DNA of 64,000 nucleotides from the NCBI GenBank assembly GCA_011389885.1, contig JAABTK010000012.1, positions 1,371 through 65,370 on the forward strand, read 5' to 3'. Below the pieces are notes generated by a model. The model saw only the letters and a program-made list of their open reading frames with translations, did no database searches and was not told where the DNA came from. A program made the position numbers and the translations under genes. Shown piece by piece: positions 10,293 through 21,247 of the stretch; within the stretch, counting starts at the first letter, position 1, and the number at the start of each line of letters is the position of its first letter. This DNA comes from Gammaproteobacteria bacterium. Its GTDB lineage: Bacteria; Pseudomonadota; Gammaproteobacteria; Chromatiales; Chromatiaceae.

Positions 10293-11000
10293 ATGGCTGA
10301 CAGCACATACGGCAACCTGATCAAGAACGGCCTGTGGGGCAACAACCAGGCCCTGGTGGCCCTGCTCGGGCTCTGTCCCCTGTTGGCCGTGACCAACACC
10401 GCCATTAACGGCCTGGGGCTGGGCATCGCCACCCTGTTGGTGCTGACCCTCTCCAACATCACCGTCTCGCTCATCCGCAATGTGGTGCCCGAAGAGGTGC
10501 GACTGCCTATCTTCGTACTGGTGATCGCCTCCTTCGTCACCGCGGTGGAGCTGTCCATGAACGCCTACTTCTACGAACTGTATAAGGTTCTGGGCATCTT
10601 CATCCCGCTCATCGTCACCAACTGCGCCATCATCGGTCGGGCCGAGGCCTTCGCCTCCAAGAACAACGTGTTGCGCTCTACCGTCGATGCCCTGGCCATG
10701 GGCGTAGGCTTCACGCTGGTGCTGGCGACCCTGGGCGCCATACGCGAAATCATCGGCATGGGCACCCTATTCTCGCAGGCGCATTTAATGTTCGGCGACG
10801 CCGCTCGCGGATTCACCATCACCTTGGGCGACGACTTCCAGGGCATGCTGCTGGCCATCCTCCCCCCCGGGGCCTTCATCGGCTTAGGCCTCTTAATCGC
10901 CCTCAAAAACATCCTCGACCAACGCGCAACGCGGGCCAAAATCGCCACCGCCCGCAGCGGCGTAGACGCCTCCGGCGCTCAACCCTCCTCCGTTGGATAA
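10293..11000 (+). CDS. rnfE: Rnf complex subunit E
   Basis: [23 protein letters not shown] is the canonical RnfE/NqrD N-terminus. The gene is separated from rnfG by an unusual 104-bp gap containing a repeat motif. Confidence 0.93.
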   Translation: MADSTYGNLIKNGLWGNNQALVALLGLCPLLAVTNTAINGLGLGIATLLVLTLSNITVSLIRNVVPEEVRLPIFVLVIASFVTAVELSMNAYFYELYKVLGIFIPLIVTNCAIIGRAEAFASKNNVLRSTVDALAMGVGFTLVLATLGAIREIIGMGTLFSQAHLMFGDAARGFTITLGDDFQGMLLAILPPGAFIGLGLLIALKNILDQRATRAKIATARSGVDASGAQPSSVG

Positions 11001-11465
11001 ATTTGAGACCACCCCAAATTGAACCACAGATAAACACGGATGAACACGGATCGCCGCCGCCGCGGGGAGCTTGGGAGGTCGAACTGCGTAGGGTGCTTTA
11101 GGCGCGCCCGCACCGGGCTTGAATTCCACATCAATACCGCCGCGCGCCGTAACGCTCCATCCCCGCTTTGGCCGGGCTGTATCACTCAAGCCTCGCCCTC
11201 GGCTGGGGGCGCTTGGGAGGTCGAGGCTTTATCCGGGCTTGGGGGCTGTACAACGCCAAGGCGAAAAGATGACCAAGCCCCGCCCGCCCGCAATCTGCAT
11301 AAAAACCTTTGCGCCCTTTGCGTTCCTCCTTCGCGTTCTTTGCGTTATATTTTTGTAGCCGGGCTTGGGGGCTTCGTTCACTTAACCACTAATCACTAAC
11401 CGCTAATTACCAACCACCAACCACCAAATTGAAACACGGCTGGACGCGGGTAGCCGTATAAGGGG

Positions 11466-11497
11466 CAAAAAAAGAGCCCCGTCGGGCTCTTTTTTTA
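11466..11497 (-). terminator. Rho-independent terminator downstream of pnp (bidirectional in form)
   Basis: AAAAAAAGAGCCC-CGTC-GGGCTCTTTTTTT: a 7-bp GC-rich stem flanked by an A-run and a T-run, about 40 bp after the pnp stop. Confidence 0.7.
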
Positions 11498-11537
11498 TGC
11501 GCTGCGGTCAGGGCGTTGCCGCCCATCGCCGCGGGGT

Positions 11538-13631
11538 TTACTCGTCTTCGGTTACCGCCTTGATGCTGAGGCGGATGCGGCCTTGCTTGTCTACCTCCAG
11601 CACCTTTACGCGGACGTGGTCGCCTTCGGAGAGCTTGTCGCTGACTTTTTCCACCCGTTCGTTGCTGATTTGGGAGATATGCACCAAGCCGTCGCGTCCG
11701 GGCAGGATGGTGACGAAGGCGCCGAAGTCCATTAGGCGCGCCACCTTGCCTTCGTAGATTTTGCCGACTTCGACATCGGCGGTAATGAGTTCGATGCGTT
11801 TCTTGGCCTCTTCGCCGGCGGCCTTGTCTACGGAGAAGATCTTGACGATGCCGTCGTCGGTCACGTCCACGGTGGCGCCGGTCTCTTCGCAGATAGAGCG
11901 AATGGTCACACCGCCCTTGCCGATCACGTCGCGGATCTTTTGCGGATCGATCTTGAAGGAGACGATGCGCGGGGCGTGTTCGGACATCTCTTTCCGCGGC
12001 ACGTCGATGGCCTTGTTCATCTCCTTCAGGATATGCAGCCGCCCCTCTTTGGCCTGATCCAGCGCGATCTCCATGATCTGCTTGGTGATGCCGTTGATCT
12101 TGATGTCCATTTGCAGGGCGTTCACGCCGTTGATGGTGCCGGCTACCTTGAAGTCCATGTCGCCGAGGTGGTCCTCGTCGCCCATGATGTCGGTGAGCAC
12201 GGCGAACTTTTCGCCCTCCTTGATGAGTCCCATGGCGACGCCGGCAATGGGGGCCTTCAGCGGCACCCCGGCGTCCATTAGCGACAGGCTGGTGCCGCAC
12301 ACCGAGGCCATGGACGAAGAGCCGTTGGACTCGGTGATTTCGGACACCACGCGGATGGAGTACGGGAAGTCTTGCATGGCGGGCATGCAGGCCTCGACGC
12401 CGCGCTTGGCCAGCCGGCCGTGGCCGATCTCACGCCGTTTCGGCGTGCCCACGCGGCCGGTTTCGCCCACGCAAAAGGGCGGGAAGTTGTAATGCAGCAT
12501 GAAGGGTTCGCGACGCTCGCCTTCCAGGGCGTCGATGATCTGCGAATCGCGCTCGGTGCCCAGGGTGGTGACCACCAGGGCCTGGGTCTCGCCGCGGGTG
12601 AACAAGGCCGAACCATGGGTGCGCGGCAACACGCCGGTGCGCACGCTGATGGGGCGCACGGTGCGGGTGTCGCGGCCGTCGATACGGGGCTCGCCGTCGA
12701 GGATTCGCCCGCGCACGATCCGCTTTTTAATCTTCTCAATGGCGCCGTAGACCTCGGGTTCGCTCCATTGCGCACCTTCCGCATGGCAGAGCTTTTCCAC
12801 CGTGGCGGCGGCTATTTGGTCCGCCTTTTTGTAGCGCTCCAGCTTTTCGGCGATTTGGTAGGCCGCGCCCAGCGGTCCCTCGGCCTCGGCCGCCACCGCT
12901 TCCAGCAGTTCGGTGTTTTCCTGCGGCGGGGTGAAGGGGAAGGCCTGCGGGGCTGCTTCGGCCGCCAATTCCTTGATGTTTTGGATCACGATCTGCATCT
13001 GCTCGTGACCGAACAGCACCGCGCCGAGCATCACCTCTTCGGAAAGCTCGCGGGCCTCGGATTCCACCATCAGCACGGCGTCTTCGGTGCCCGCGACCAC
13101 GAGATCGAGGTCGGTGTCGTCGCTCAGCCCGGTGCCCGCGGGGTTGAGCTGGTAGTGACCGTTTTTGTACCCTACGCGGGCCGCGCCCACCGGGCCTTCG
13201 AACGGCAGCCCGGAGACCGCCAACGCCGCTGAGGCCCCGATCAGCGAGGGGATCTCGGGATCCACCGCCGGGTTCAGGGACTTGACGGTGGCGATCACCT
13301 GGGTTTCGTTCACAAACCCCTTGGGAAACAACGGCCGCAGCGGGCGGTCGATCAGGCGGCAAGTGAGGGTCTCCTTCTCCGAGGGCCGCCCCTCGCGCCG
13401 AAAGAAACCGCCGGGGATGCGGCCCGCGGCATAGGTCTTTTCCTGATAGTCCACGGTCATGGGGAAGAAGTCGCGACCTTCGCGGGCCGTTTTTTCCGCC
13501 ACCACCGTGACCAACACCACGGTGTCGCCCATGTTGACCATCACCGCGCCGTTGGCCTGGCGGGCGATTTCGCCGGTTTCGAGGATGACCTCGTGGTCAC
13601 CGTACTTAAACTGTTTTTTGATCGGAGTCAC
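11538..13631 (-). CDS. pnp: Polyribonucleotide nucleotidyltransferase (PNPase)
   Basis: 697 aa with two RNase PH domains plus KH and S1 domains. It follows rpsO as in the conserved operon. Confidence 0.97.
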   Translation of the reverse strand: MTPIKKQFKYGDHEVILETGEIARQANGAVMVNMGDTVVLVTVVAEKTAREGRDFFPMTVDYQEKTYAAGRIPGGFFRREGRPSEKETLTCRLIDRPLRPLFPKGFVNETQVIATVKSLNPAVDPEIPSLIGASAALAVSGLPFEGPVGAARVGYKNGHYQLNPAGTGLSDDTDLDLVVAGTEDAVLMVESEARELSEEVMLGAVLFGHEQMQIVIQNIKELAAEAAPQAFPFTPPQENTELLEAVAAEAEGPLGAAYQIAEKLERYKKADQIAAATVEKLCHAEGAQWSEPEVYGAIEKIKKRIVRGRILDGEPRIDGRDTRTVRPISVRTGVLPRTHGSALFTRGETQALVVTTLGTERDSQIIDALEGERREPFMLHYNFPPFCVGETGRVGTPKRREIGHGRLAKRGVEACMPAMQDFPYSIRVVSEITESNGSSSMASVCGTSLSLMDAGVPLKAPIAGVAMGLIKEGEKFAVLTDIMGDEDHLGDMDFKVAGTINGVNALQMDIKINGITKQIMEIALDQAKEGRLHILKEMNKAIDVPRKEMSEHAPRIVSFKIDPQKIRDVIGKGGVTIRSICEETGATVDVTDDGIVKIFSVDKAAGEEAKKRIELITADVEVGKIYEGKVARLMDFGAFVTILPGRDGLVHISQISNERVEKVSDKLSEGDHVRVKVLEVDKQGRIRLSIKAVTEDE

Positions 13632-13667
13632 TTTGGCTTCCTCTAGTCGTCTGGCGTCCGCGATGGC

Positions 13668-13937
13668 CTACCGGCGCAATCCGAGGCGGGAGATCAGGGT
13701 GCGATAGCGCTCCAGATCCTTGCCTTTGAGATAGTCCAGCAGCTTACGTCGGGAGTTCACCATTCGCACCAGCCCCCTTCGGGAGTGGTGGTCGTGTTTG
13801 TGGGCGGCGAAATGCCCGCTGAGTTGATTGATGCGCGTGGTTAGCAGGGCCACCTGCACTTCGGGGGAGCCGGTGTCGTTGGCGCCGCGGCCGTAGTCTT
13901 CAACAATCTTGCGTTTCTCATCAGCAGTAATAGCCAT
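13668..13937 (-). CDS. rpsO: 30S ribosomal protein S15
   Basis: 89 aa; the motif [19 protein letters not shown] is diagnostic. Confidence 0.97.
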   Translation of the reverse strand: MAITADEKRKIVEDYGRGANDTGSPEVQVALLTTRINQLSGHFAAHKHDHHSRRGLVRMVNSRRKLLDYLKGKDLERYRTLISRLGLRR

Positions 13938-14029
13938 TCTTTCAAAACCTCATTGGTCGTTGTTGCAATACCCGGCCTCCGCCAATGGGTGCAGGGGCGC
14001 GGGCGGGATCCTGTAAAGGCAGGATCCGG

Positions 14030-14051
14030 GAAAATCGATCACAGGATCGAT
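14030..14051 (-). terminator. Possible weak terminator/processing hairpin between truB and rpsO
   Basis: On the minus strand, the ATCGATC-CTGT-GATCGAT hairpin is followed by TTTTCC. A second 8-bp hairpin (GGATCCTG/CAGGATCC) lies at 14006-14027, and there are five GATC sites within about 46 bp. Confidence 0.35.
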
Positions 14052-14141
14052 CCGGGTCTTAACAGGCACGAAATTTTTAAAAAACGAGGTGCAGAGTATG
14101 CGCTTTCAGGGCGCTGGGCTCAACCGAAAATGGGCCTTTGG

Positions 14142-15059
14142 TCAGCCCGCCAGCAACCGGCGCGGGGCGACCTTGCCGTCTTCGTCGATCTCGCCCACGC
14201 CGACGAACCGATCGTCCGCATCGTAGAGTCGAACAAGCCCCGAGACCGGGGCATTGGGCACCATCACGGCCTGCCCCTGGGCGAGATAAAAGGCGGTATC
14301 CGGCGACATCCGCACCGCGGGCCAGCCGCCCAGCGCGCTGTCCACGGGCAGCAGAAAGGCGTCGAGGGCGGGCGGCCCTTCGGCCTCCAGGACCGCCTCC
14401 AGGCGTTCCATGCTGATCATGTCGGCGGCGGTGTAGGGCCCGACCCCGGTCCGGGTCAGTGCAGTGACGTGGGCGCCGCAGCCGAGGACCTCGCCAATGT
14501 CTTCCGCCAGGGTGCGCACATAAGTGCCCTTGGAACAGCGCACATCAAGCGCAAACTCGGGCGGCTCGAAGACCGTCAGGACGTTTTCATAGAGGGTGAT
14601 GGCCCGCGGCTCACGCTCCACCTCCTTGCCCTCGCGCGCCAGCTTGTACAGCCGCTGGCCCTTGTGCTTGAGCGCCGAATACATCGGCGGCACCTGCTTG
14701 ATTTCGCCCACAAAGCCGGCCACCGCCTCGCGCAACGCGTCCTCGGTGATGTGCTCGGCCGAGCGGGTCTGCAACACCTCGCCCTCGGCGTCTTGGGTGG
14801 TGGTGGTGACGCCGAGCTGGGCGCGCATGCGGTAGCGCTTGTCGGCATCTAATAGATAGGCCGAGATCTTGGTGGCGCCGCCAAAGCAGATCGGCAGCAG
14901 GCCGTCGGCCAACGGGTCCAGGCTGCCGGTATGCCCCGCCTTCTGGGCCTGAAACAGTCGCTTGACCTGCTGCAAGGCCTGGTTGGAGGTCATCCCGAGG
15001 GGTTTGTTCAGCAACAGTATGCCCTGAACGTTGCGTCCGCTTCTACGCCGTTTCGCCAT
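14142..15059 (-). CDS. truB: tRNA pseudouridine(55) synthase
   Basis: 305 aa with the motif [19 protein letters not shown] (catalytic Asp). It sits in the conserved operon position. Confidence 0.95.
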   Translation of the reverse strand: MAKRRRSGRNVQGILLLNKPLGMTSNQALQQVKRLFQAQKAGHTGSLDPLADGLLPICFGGATKISAYLLDADKRYRMRAQLGVTTTTQDAEGEVLQTRSAEHITEDALREAVAGFVGEIKQVPPMYSALKHKGQRLYKLAREGKEVEREPRAITLYENVLTVFEPPEFALDVRCSKGTYVRTLAEDIGEVLGCGAHVTALTRTGVGPYTAADMISMERLEAVLEAEGPPALDAFLLPVDSALGGWPAVRMSPDTAFYLAQGQAVMVPNAPVSGLVRLYDADDRFVGVGEIDEDGKVAPRRLLAG

Positions 15060-15070
15060 GGAGGAGTGCT

Positions 15071-15451
15071 TTATTGAGGATCCGAATCGTCGGAAGAATG
15101 GTCCGAGTCCACGGCTTGCTCGATCAGCGCCGAAAGGCGCATGCCGTGCTCCACGGACTCGTCATAGATAAACTTGAGCACCGGCAGGGTGCGCATGCGC
15201 ACCCGACGGCCCAGCTCGTGGCGCAAGAAGCCGGCGGCCTCGTTGAGGGTGCGGGCGGTTTCGCGCTCGTCGGCGTCGCCGCCGAGGACCGTGAAATAGA
15301 CCTTGGCGTGGGACAGATCGCGCGCCACTCGCACTTCTTGAATGGTGATCATGCCCAACCGCGGGTCATCCAAGACACTGCCGACTAGCTCCGCCAGCTC
15401 GCGTTGGAGCTGGGGGCCGAGGCGTTCGTTACGGGTGAATTCGCGTGCCAT
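15071..15451 (-). CDS. rbfA: Ribosome-binding factor A
   Basis: 126 aa with an RbfA KH-like fold signature (ITIQEVRVARDLSHAKVYF). It lies between infB and truB. Confidence 0.93.
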   Translation of the reverse strand: MAREFTRNERLGPQLQRELAELVGSVLDDPRLGMITIQEVRVARDLSHAKVYFTVLGGDADERETARTLNEAAGFLRHELGRRVRMRTLPVLKFIYDESVEHGMRLSALIEQAVDSDHSSDDSDPQ

Positions 15452-15461
15452 TGGTTTGGGA

Positions 15462-18227
15462 TCAGAGCTCGCGCTTGACTTCGTAGCGCTCGTAGACCTC
15501 GATTTGGTCTCCGGGCTTTACGTCGTTGTAGTTCTTCACCCCGATGCCGCACTCGGTGCCGGCGCGCACCTCTTGCACGTCGTCCTTGTAGCGGCGCAAG
15601 GATTCCAGTTCCCCTTCGTAAATCACTACGTTGTCGCGCAGTACGCGAATCGGGTTCGCCCGCTTGACCATGCCGTCCAGCACGATGCAGCCGGCAATGG
15701 CGCCGAGCTTGGAGGAGCGAAACACGTCACGCACCTCGGCTAGGCCGATGATTTCCTCCCGCACCTCGGGGGAAAGCATGCCGGAGATGGCGCTGCGCAC
15801 ATCGTCGATCACCTCGTAGATGATGGAATAGTAACGCAGATCCACGCCCTGCTCTTCCGCCACCCGGCGTGCGGTGGCATCGGCGCGCACATTGAAGCCG
15901 ATCATAATGGCCGCGGAGGTGAGAGCCAGGTTGACGTCGGATTCGTTGATGCCGCCGGCGCCGGCGGCGACGATACGGACCTTGATTTCGTCGCTGGAGA
16001 TCTTCTCCAAGGACTCGCGAAGCGCCTCCACACTGCCCTGGACATCGGCCTTGACGATCAGGTTGACGTAGTTGACCTCGCCGGCCTGCATTTGCGAGAA
16101 GACCTCCTCGAGCTTGGCCGCCTTTTGCGCCGCGAGGCGGCTATCGCGGGCCTTCATCTCGCGGTCTTCCGCCAACTCGCGGGCCTTGCGCTCGTCGGGC
16201 ACCACCAGGGCGTCGTCGCCCGCATTGGGCACCCCGGAAAGCCCCAACACCTCGACCGGAATCGAGGGACCGGCGGCATCCACCGGCGCGCGGGTTTCGT
16301 CGAACAGGGCGCGCACGCGGCCGAAATGCTGGCCGCTGACCAGGATATCGCCGCGCCGCAGGGTGCCCGATTGGACCAGCACCGTAGCCACTGGCCCGCG
16401 CCCCTTGTCGAGGCTGGATTCTACGATAATGCCGCGTCCCGGGCCGTCTTCCACGGCCTGGAGTTCGAGCACCTCGGATTGCAGCAAGATGGCCTCCAGC
16501 AGGTCATCGACGCCCTCGCCGGTCTTGGCGGACACCTTCACGAACATGGTGTCGCCGCCCCAGTCTTCGGGGATGACTTCCTGCTGCGACAGCTCTTGCA
16601 TCACCCGGTCCGGATTGGCCTCGGGCTTGTCCATTTTGTTCACCGCCACGATCACCGGCACGCCGGCGGCCTTGGAGTGTTGCACCGCCTCGACGGTCTG
16701 CGGCATTACGCCGTCGTCCGCCGCCACCACCAGCACCACGATATCGGTGACCTTGGCCCCGCGCGCCCGCATCGCGGAGAACGCCGCATGGCCCGGGGTG
16801 TCGAGGAAGGAGATCATGCCGTGGTCGGTCTCTACATGATAGGCGCCGATATGCTGCGTGATGCCGCCGGCCTCGCCCGCGGCCACCCGGGTAGTGCGAA
16901 TGAAGTCGAGCAGCGAGGTCTTGCCATGGTCCACATGGCCCATGATGGTGACCACCGGGGCGCGGGGTTTGAGTTCGCCCTGCCCTTCCCCTTCCAGGCT
17001 CTCCAACACCTGGGTCTCGACGTCGTGCTCCTTCTGCGCCACCGGATTGTGGCCCTTCTCTTCCACCACCAGGGTCGCGGTGTCGCGATCCAGGGCCTGG
17101 TTGATGGTGACCATCATGCCCATTTTCATCAGCATCTTGATCACCTCGGCGGCCTTGACCGACATCCGCTGCGCCAGGTCCGCCACGGTGATCATTTCCG
17201 GGATTTCCACGTTACGCACCACCGGCGACGTGGGCCTTTTAAAGCCGTGCGCGGTCTCGGCCTTCACCGCGCCGCGCCGCTTGCCGCGAGACTTGGTCTT
17301 GCGCTTGCCGCGCTTTTCCTCGTTGACATGCAGCTCTTCGCGCGTGCCGCGTCGCTGACCGCCGGCGGCCTTTTTGCGCTTGGGCTGGTCATCGGCAACC
17401 ACTGCCGCCGGCTTCTTGACCTCTTTCTTCTTTTCCTTTTTCTTGGCTTCTTTTGATTTGGCCTCAAGCTCGGAGCCGCCCACGACCCGGCCGGTGCGAT
17501 ACTCCTCCTGCGGGCCGCTCGGCGGCGCTTCCTTGGGCTTGGGTTCGACTTTCGGTTCGGGTTTGGCCTCAGCTTCGGTTTTGGGCTCGGGTTCGGCCGC
17601 TTGCGGCTCTTCCTGTTTCTGCTTGGCGGCTTGCTCTTGCTCTTGTTTCATGCGCTGCGCATCCTCCTCGGCCCGCTGTTTCTCTGCTTCCGCCTGAAGC
17701 TTGGCCTCTTCCTTGCGCTGGCGCTCCTCTTCCTCGGCCTTCTCGGCCTTACGGCGATTCTCCTCCGCCAGACGCCGGGCTTCGGACTCGGCCTCCATCT
17801 GGCGTTGTTTCTCCGCCTGCGCCTCCAGCGCCTGTTTGACCGCCTCGGCGTCCGGGTTGATCGTCGCTTCCGCCTCCGCCTCGCGTTTGACATAGGTGCG
17901 CTTGCGCCGCACCTCGACGCTCACGGTCTTGCTCGGACGCGGCGCGCCGCGGGCCTGCGGGCTGCGTGCGCCGCCGCCGGTGGGCTGGCGCAACTCGCTC
18001 ACGGTCTTGCGGCGCAAGGTGATCTTGCGCGGCGACTCGCCCTGCGCCTCGGCCCCGACTGCGCCGTGAGATTCGCGCAAATGCTCCAGCAGCTTGCGCT
18101 TCTCCGATTCGCTGATGCTATCGTCGGCGCCGCCTTTCGGCAGCCCAGCCTGTTCCAGCTGGCCAAGCAGTGCGTCCACAGGAATGCCCACGTCATCAGC
18201 GAGCTGTTTTACCGATACATCACTCAT
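15462..18227 (-). CDS. infB: Translation initiation factor IF-2
   Basis: 921 aa with a Lys/Glu/Ala-rich N-terminal region and a GTPase domain ([18 protein letters not shown]). Confidence 0.97.
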   Translation of the reverse strand: MSDVSVKQLADDVGIPVDALLGQLEQAGLPKGGADDSISESEKRKLLEHLRESHGAVGAEAQGESPRKITLRRKTVSELRQPTGGGARSPQARGAPRPSKTVSVEVRRKRTYVKREAEAEATINPDAEAVKQALEAQAEKQRQMEAESEARRLAEENRRKAEKAEEEERQRKEEAKLQAEAEKQRAEEDAQRMKQEQEQAAKQKQEEPQAAEPEPKTEAEAKPEPKVEPKPKEAPPSGPQEEYRTGRVVGGSELEAKSKEAKKKEKKKEVKKPAAVVADDQPKRKKAAGGQRRGTREELHVNEEKRGKRKTKSRGKRRGAVKAETAHGFKRPTSPVVRNVEIPEMITVADLAQRMSVKAAEVIKMLMKMGMMVTINQALDRDTATLVVEEKGHNPVAQKEHDVETQVLESLEGEGQGELKPRAPVVTIMGHVDHGKTSLLDFIRTTRVAAGEAGGITQHIGAYHVETDHGMISFLDTPGHAAFSAMRARGAKVTDIVVLVVAADDGVMPQTVEAVQHSKAAGVPVIVAVNKMDKPEANPDRVMQELSQQEVIPEDWGGDTMFVKVSAKTGEGVDDLLEAILLQSEVLELQAVEDGPGRGIIVESSLDKGRGPVATVLVQSGTLRRGDILVSGQHFGRVRALFDETRAPVDAAGPSIPVEVLGLSGVPNAGDDALVVPDERKARELAEDREMKARDSRLAAQKAAKLEEVFSQMQAGEVNYVNLIVKADVQGSVEALRESLEKISSDEIKVRIVAAGAGGINESDVNLALTSAAIMIGFNVRADATARRVAEEQGVDLRYYSIIYEVIDDVRSAISGMLSPEVREEIIGLAEVRDVFRSSKLGAIAGCIVLDGMVKRANPIRVLRDNVVIYEGELESLRRYKDDVQEVRAGTECGIGVKNYNDVKPGDQIEVYERYEVKREL

Positions 18228-18250
18228 TGGAAGAAGCCTCCCGGTCTATC

Positions 18251-19747
18251 CTAACCCTGTTCGTCAGCGAACCAGGGCGCGCGCGCGGTCATGATGAGCT
18301 TGCCCGCCCTCTCTTCGTCCATGTCGTCGATTTCCATCAATTCATCCACCGATTGCTCCGCCAGATCGTCCATGGTCACGATGCCTCGGCCCGCCAGTTG
18401 GCGCGCCAGGGTGTCGTCCATACCGTCCATGTTGAGCAGGTCTTCGGCGGGCGTGTTGTCGGAGAACGCCTCTTCCTTGGCAATGGCCTGAGTCAGTAAG
18501 ACCTCTTTGGCCCGTTCCCGCAGTTCTTCGACCATGTCCTGGTCGAACTCTTCGATGCCCAGCATTTCGTTAATCGGCACATAGGCCACCTCTTCGAGGG
18601 TGGAGAAGCCTTCCTGCACCAGGATATTGGCCACTTCCTCGTCCACCGCCAGGCTGTCCATAAAGCGCCCCACCTGTTCCCGGGCCTCGGCGTCGTTCTG
18701 CTCCGCGGCTTCGGCCTCGCTCATTACATTGAGTTCCCAGCCGCTCAGCTCGCTGGCGAGCCGCACGTTCTGGCCGCCGCGACCGATGGCCTGGGAGAGA
18801 TTGCTCTCTTCAACCGCCACGATCATGCTGTGGGCGTCTTCATCCACGATGATGGACACCACTTCGGCCGGCGACATTGAATTAATCACGAATTGAGCGG
18901 GATTCTCGTTCCAGAGGATAATGTCCACCCGCTCCCCGTTGAGTTCATTGGACACCGCCTGCACCCGCGAGCCGCGCATACCGACGCAGGCCCCGACCGG
19001 GTCGAGCCGCGGGTCATTGGTCTTGACCGCGATCTTGGCCCGCAGCCCCGGATCGCGGGCGCCGCCGATGACCTCAATCAGCCCCTCGCCCACTTCCGGC
19101 ACCTCCAGCCGAAACAACTCCAGCAAGAGTTCGGGCCGGGTGCGGCTGACGAAAAGCTGCGGTCCGCGCTGCTCGGAGCGCACCTCGTACAGATAACCGC
19201 GCAGGCGGTCGCCCACCCGCACCGATTCTTTGGGGATCATCTCCTCGCGCGGCACCATAGCCTCGGCGTTGCCGCCGAGATCGACGATCAGGCTGCCGCG
19301 CTCGGCGCGTTTCACCACGCCCGTGACCAGTTCGCCGACCCGCTTGCGGTAGCCCTCGACGATCTTCGCGCGCTCGGCGTCGCGCACCTTCTGCACGATC
19401 ACCTGCTTCGCGGTCTGGGCCGCAATGCGACCGAAGGCGATGGATTCCATGGGTTCTTCCACGAAATCACCCTCGTTCACCTCGGGGTGTTTTTGGCGTG
19501 CGATGGTCACCTTAACCTGGTGATCCGGGTCGATGTCCTCGGGGGCGTCTTCCACCACCTCCCAGCGGCGAAAACTGTCATAGTCGCCGGAGGTGCGATC
19601 GATCGCCACCCGCACATCGATCTCGCCGCTGTGTTTCTTGCGCGTAGCCGACTCCAACGCGGCCTCCAAGGCCTCGAAGATGATTTCCTTCTCGACTTCC
19701 TTTTCGTTGGACACCACGTCCACGACCAGCAAAATCTCTTTATTCAT
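18251..19747 (-). CDS. nusA: Transcription termination/antitermination factor NusA
   Basis: 498 aa with S1, two KH domains and C-terminal acidic repeats. It sits in the rimP-nusA-infB order. Confidence 0.97.
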   Translation of the reverse strand: MNKEILLVVDVVSNEKEVEKEIIFEALEAALESATRKKHSGEIDVRVAIDRTSGDYDSFRRWEVVEDAPEDIDPDHQVKVTIARQKHPEVNEGDFVEEPMESIAFGRIAAQTAKQVIVQKVRDAERAKIVEGYRKRVGELVTGVVKRAERGSLIVDLGGNAEAMVPREEMIPKESVRVGDRLRGYLYEVRSEQRGPQLFVSRTRPELLLELFRLEVPEVGEGLIEVIGGARDPGLRAKIAVKTNDPRLDPVGACVGMRGSRVQAVSNELNGERVDIILWNENPAQFVINSMSPAEVVSIIVDEDAHSMIVAVEESNLSQAIGRGGQNVRLASELSGWELNVMSEAEAAEQNDAEAREQVGRFMDSLAVDEEVANILVQEGFSTLEEVAYVPINEMLGIEEFDQDMVEELRERAKEVLLTQAIAKEEAFSDNTPAEDLLNMDGMDDTLARQLAGRGIVTMDDLAEQSVDELMEIDDMDEERAGKLIMTARAPWFADEQG

Positions 19748-19765
19748 GGTCCTTACCTAACCCAC

Positions 19766-20221
19766 TCATAGATCCGGCACCAGGCGCGCCCGTTCGATGT
19801 TGTCCCACTCCAGCGCAACCGGCTCGCCATCCACCCTGAGCACCACCTGATCGCCCTCCAGGCCGATCAGAACGCCTTTGAACTTGCGCCGGTCGCCGAC
19901 TTTCAAGCGGGTGCGAAGATTCACTTCACACCCCTGGAATCGCTCGTAATGCTCCGGCGTGAACAGCGGGCGATCCAGGCCCGGCGACGACACCTCCAAC
20001 TGATAGTTCTCAGAGATCGGATCCTCCACGTCGAGCACGGCCGACACCTGGCGGCTAACCCGGGCGCAATCATCCACCAAAATCCCTTGCGGGCGATCGA
20101 TATAGACGCGCAGGGTCGCGCTCTTGCCCGAGGACAGGTATTCGATGCCCACCAGCTCATAGCCCAAGGCCTCCACCGGGTCTTGAAGCATGCGAGTCAG
20201 GTTTTCCGGTGCTGTCGCCAT
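19766..20221 (-). CDS. rimP: Ribosome maturation factor RimP
   Basis: MATAPENLTRMLQDPVEALGYELVGIEY aligns with the RimP N-terminus. The start was trimmed from tracked ORF start 20257. Confidence 0.9.
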   Translation of the reverse strand: MATAPENLTRMLQDPVEALGYELVGIEYLSSGKSATLRVYIDRPQGILVDDCARVSRQVSAVLDVEDPISENYQLEVSSPGLDRPLFTPEHYERFQGCEVNLRTRLKVGDRRKFKGVLIGLEGDQVVLRVDGEPVALEWDNIERARLVPDL

Positions 20222-20273
20222 CGTTCTCCGCAAATAAAAAATGGGCCAGCGGCCCATTCTCTATAACACCCAA

Positions 20274-20299
20274 TAAAAAACCCCGCTAAGGGGGTTTTT
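20274..20299 (-). terminator. Rho-independent terminator/attenuator between tRNA-fMet and rimP
   Basis: The minus strand reads AAACCCCC-TTAGC-GGGGTTTTTTATT. The position is analogous to the partial terminators after metY in E. coli. Confidence 0.6.
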
Positions 20300-20306
20300 A
20301 GAATAG

Positions 20307-20383
<77 letters not shown>

Positions 20384-20397
20384 CCGGTGAATTCCGT

Positions 20398-20427
20398 ATA
20401 TTACAGAATCGTTATGCTCCTTGTCAA
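20398..20427 (-). promoter_or_regulatory. Putative sigma70 promoter of the metY-rimP-nusA-infB operon
   Basis: The minus strand reads TTGACA-N17/18-TAATAT about 15-20 nt upstream of the tRNA 5' end. Confidence 0.5.
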
Positions 20428-20653
20428 GCATCTCTTGGCGGGAGTTGCTTCTCGGCGGGTCTTGCGACCGCCCTTCGTCCTTGAGGGCGCAAACTATAAC
20501 AAAGCGCGCCGCGCACCGCAACCCCAAGAGCCGAAAATATCTGCGCCCTCGGCCGCGACAGGCAAGCGCCGACCCGCTCGCCGGGGCCGTGCGAAAACCT
20601 GCCATCGGGGCTTGACATTCGGCCTCGCCGCCCAGCGCATGGGCGCAGAGGTT

Positions 20654-20688
20654 TTGTCCACACAAACTGTGGATAACTTTGTGGAGAA
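20654..20688. promoter_or_regulatory. Cluster of three DnaA-box-like 9-mers
   Basis: TTGTCCACA (20654-62, + orientation), TGTGGATAA (20668-76, perfect reverse complement of TTATCCACA) and TGTGGAGAA (20680-88, one mismatch). They are separated by 5 and 3 bp. Confidence 0.5.
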
Positions 20689-20737
20689 GCCGTCGAAAAA
20701 CCCGCAGAGGGCGCATCTTTAGCGGGTTCCTTTTAGA

Positions 20738-20766
20738 TTGCACAAAAAACGACCAACTTCTATAAT
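20738..20766 (+). promoter_or_regulatory. Putative strong sigma70 promoter (TTGCAC-N17-TATAAT) with no adjacent ORF
   Basis: A consensus -10 with ideal 17-bp spacing in an AT-rich patch. The next plus-strand gene start (rhdA) is about 480 nt downstream. Confidence 0.45.
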
Positions 20767-20920
20767 ATGAGTAATAACAATGAATTGCCGATTTTTTGCG
20801 GGCACCGCCGAACCCCCGCGGCCGACCCGCCCAGGGGTCGCCCCGCCGCTCGCGACGGTTGTGGAAACATCAAGCCGCTACGCACCGCGCCAGCCGCGAT
20901 CTTCCGCACGAATACCGCCG

Positions 20921-21147
20921 CGCGCCTCAGTCGCGGAAGCAACCCGGGCGCCCTCGGAGCCCAGGGCGCGCGGCGGGCCGCAGCGGGCGCAGAGCGGGTT
21001 GGGGCAGAAACCCTGAGTGCAACGAAGAGGGCCGGCAACCGCCAATCCCTACCGAAACCTTTAACCCCTGTTTCTCTGGGCTCTCTGCGGTCCCCTGCGG
21101 CCTCTGCGTCCCCAAGAGTCGTTGTTTCCGCTATCTGCGCGCAGGCC
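20921..21147. repeat. Foldback MITE-like element, copy 1
   Basis: The left arm GCGCCTCAGTCGCGGAAGCAAC..CCGCAGCGGGCGCAGAG is mirrored by the right arm CTCTGCGG..CCTCTGCG..GTTGTTTCCGCTATCTGCGCGCAGG. Confidence 0.65.
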
Positions 21148-21247
21148 TGCCAAAGGCGGGCCGCCAAGGGCGCGGCTCTTGGTTGCATTCCGCGGCCAGG
21201 CGGGGCATCTTAGCGGGATCGAATCCACGCAACGAGAACCTGGCGCT

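Noticed and set aside
20654-20800. The DnaA boxes plus an adjacent AT-rich stretch could be the chromosomal origin (oriC).
   Set aside because: There are only three good boxes and no array of additional boxes. There are no 13-mer-like unwinding repeats or GATC clustering, and no dnaA/dnaN/gidA/mioC context. A regulatory or DARS/datA-like site is more plausible, so it is reported as such.
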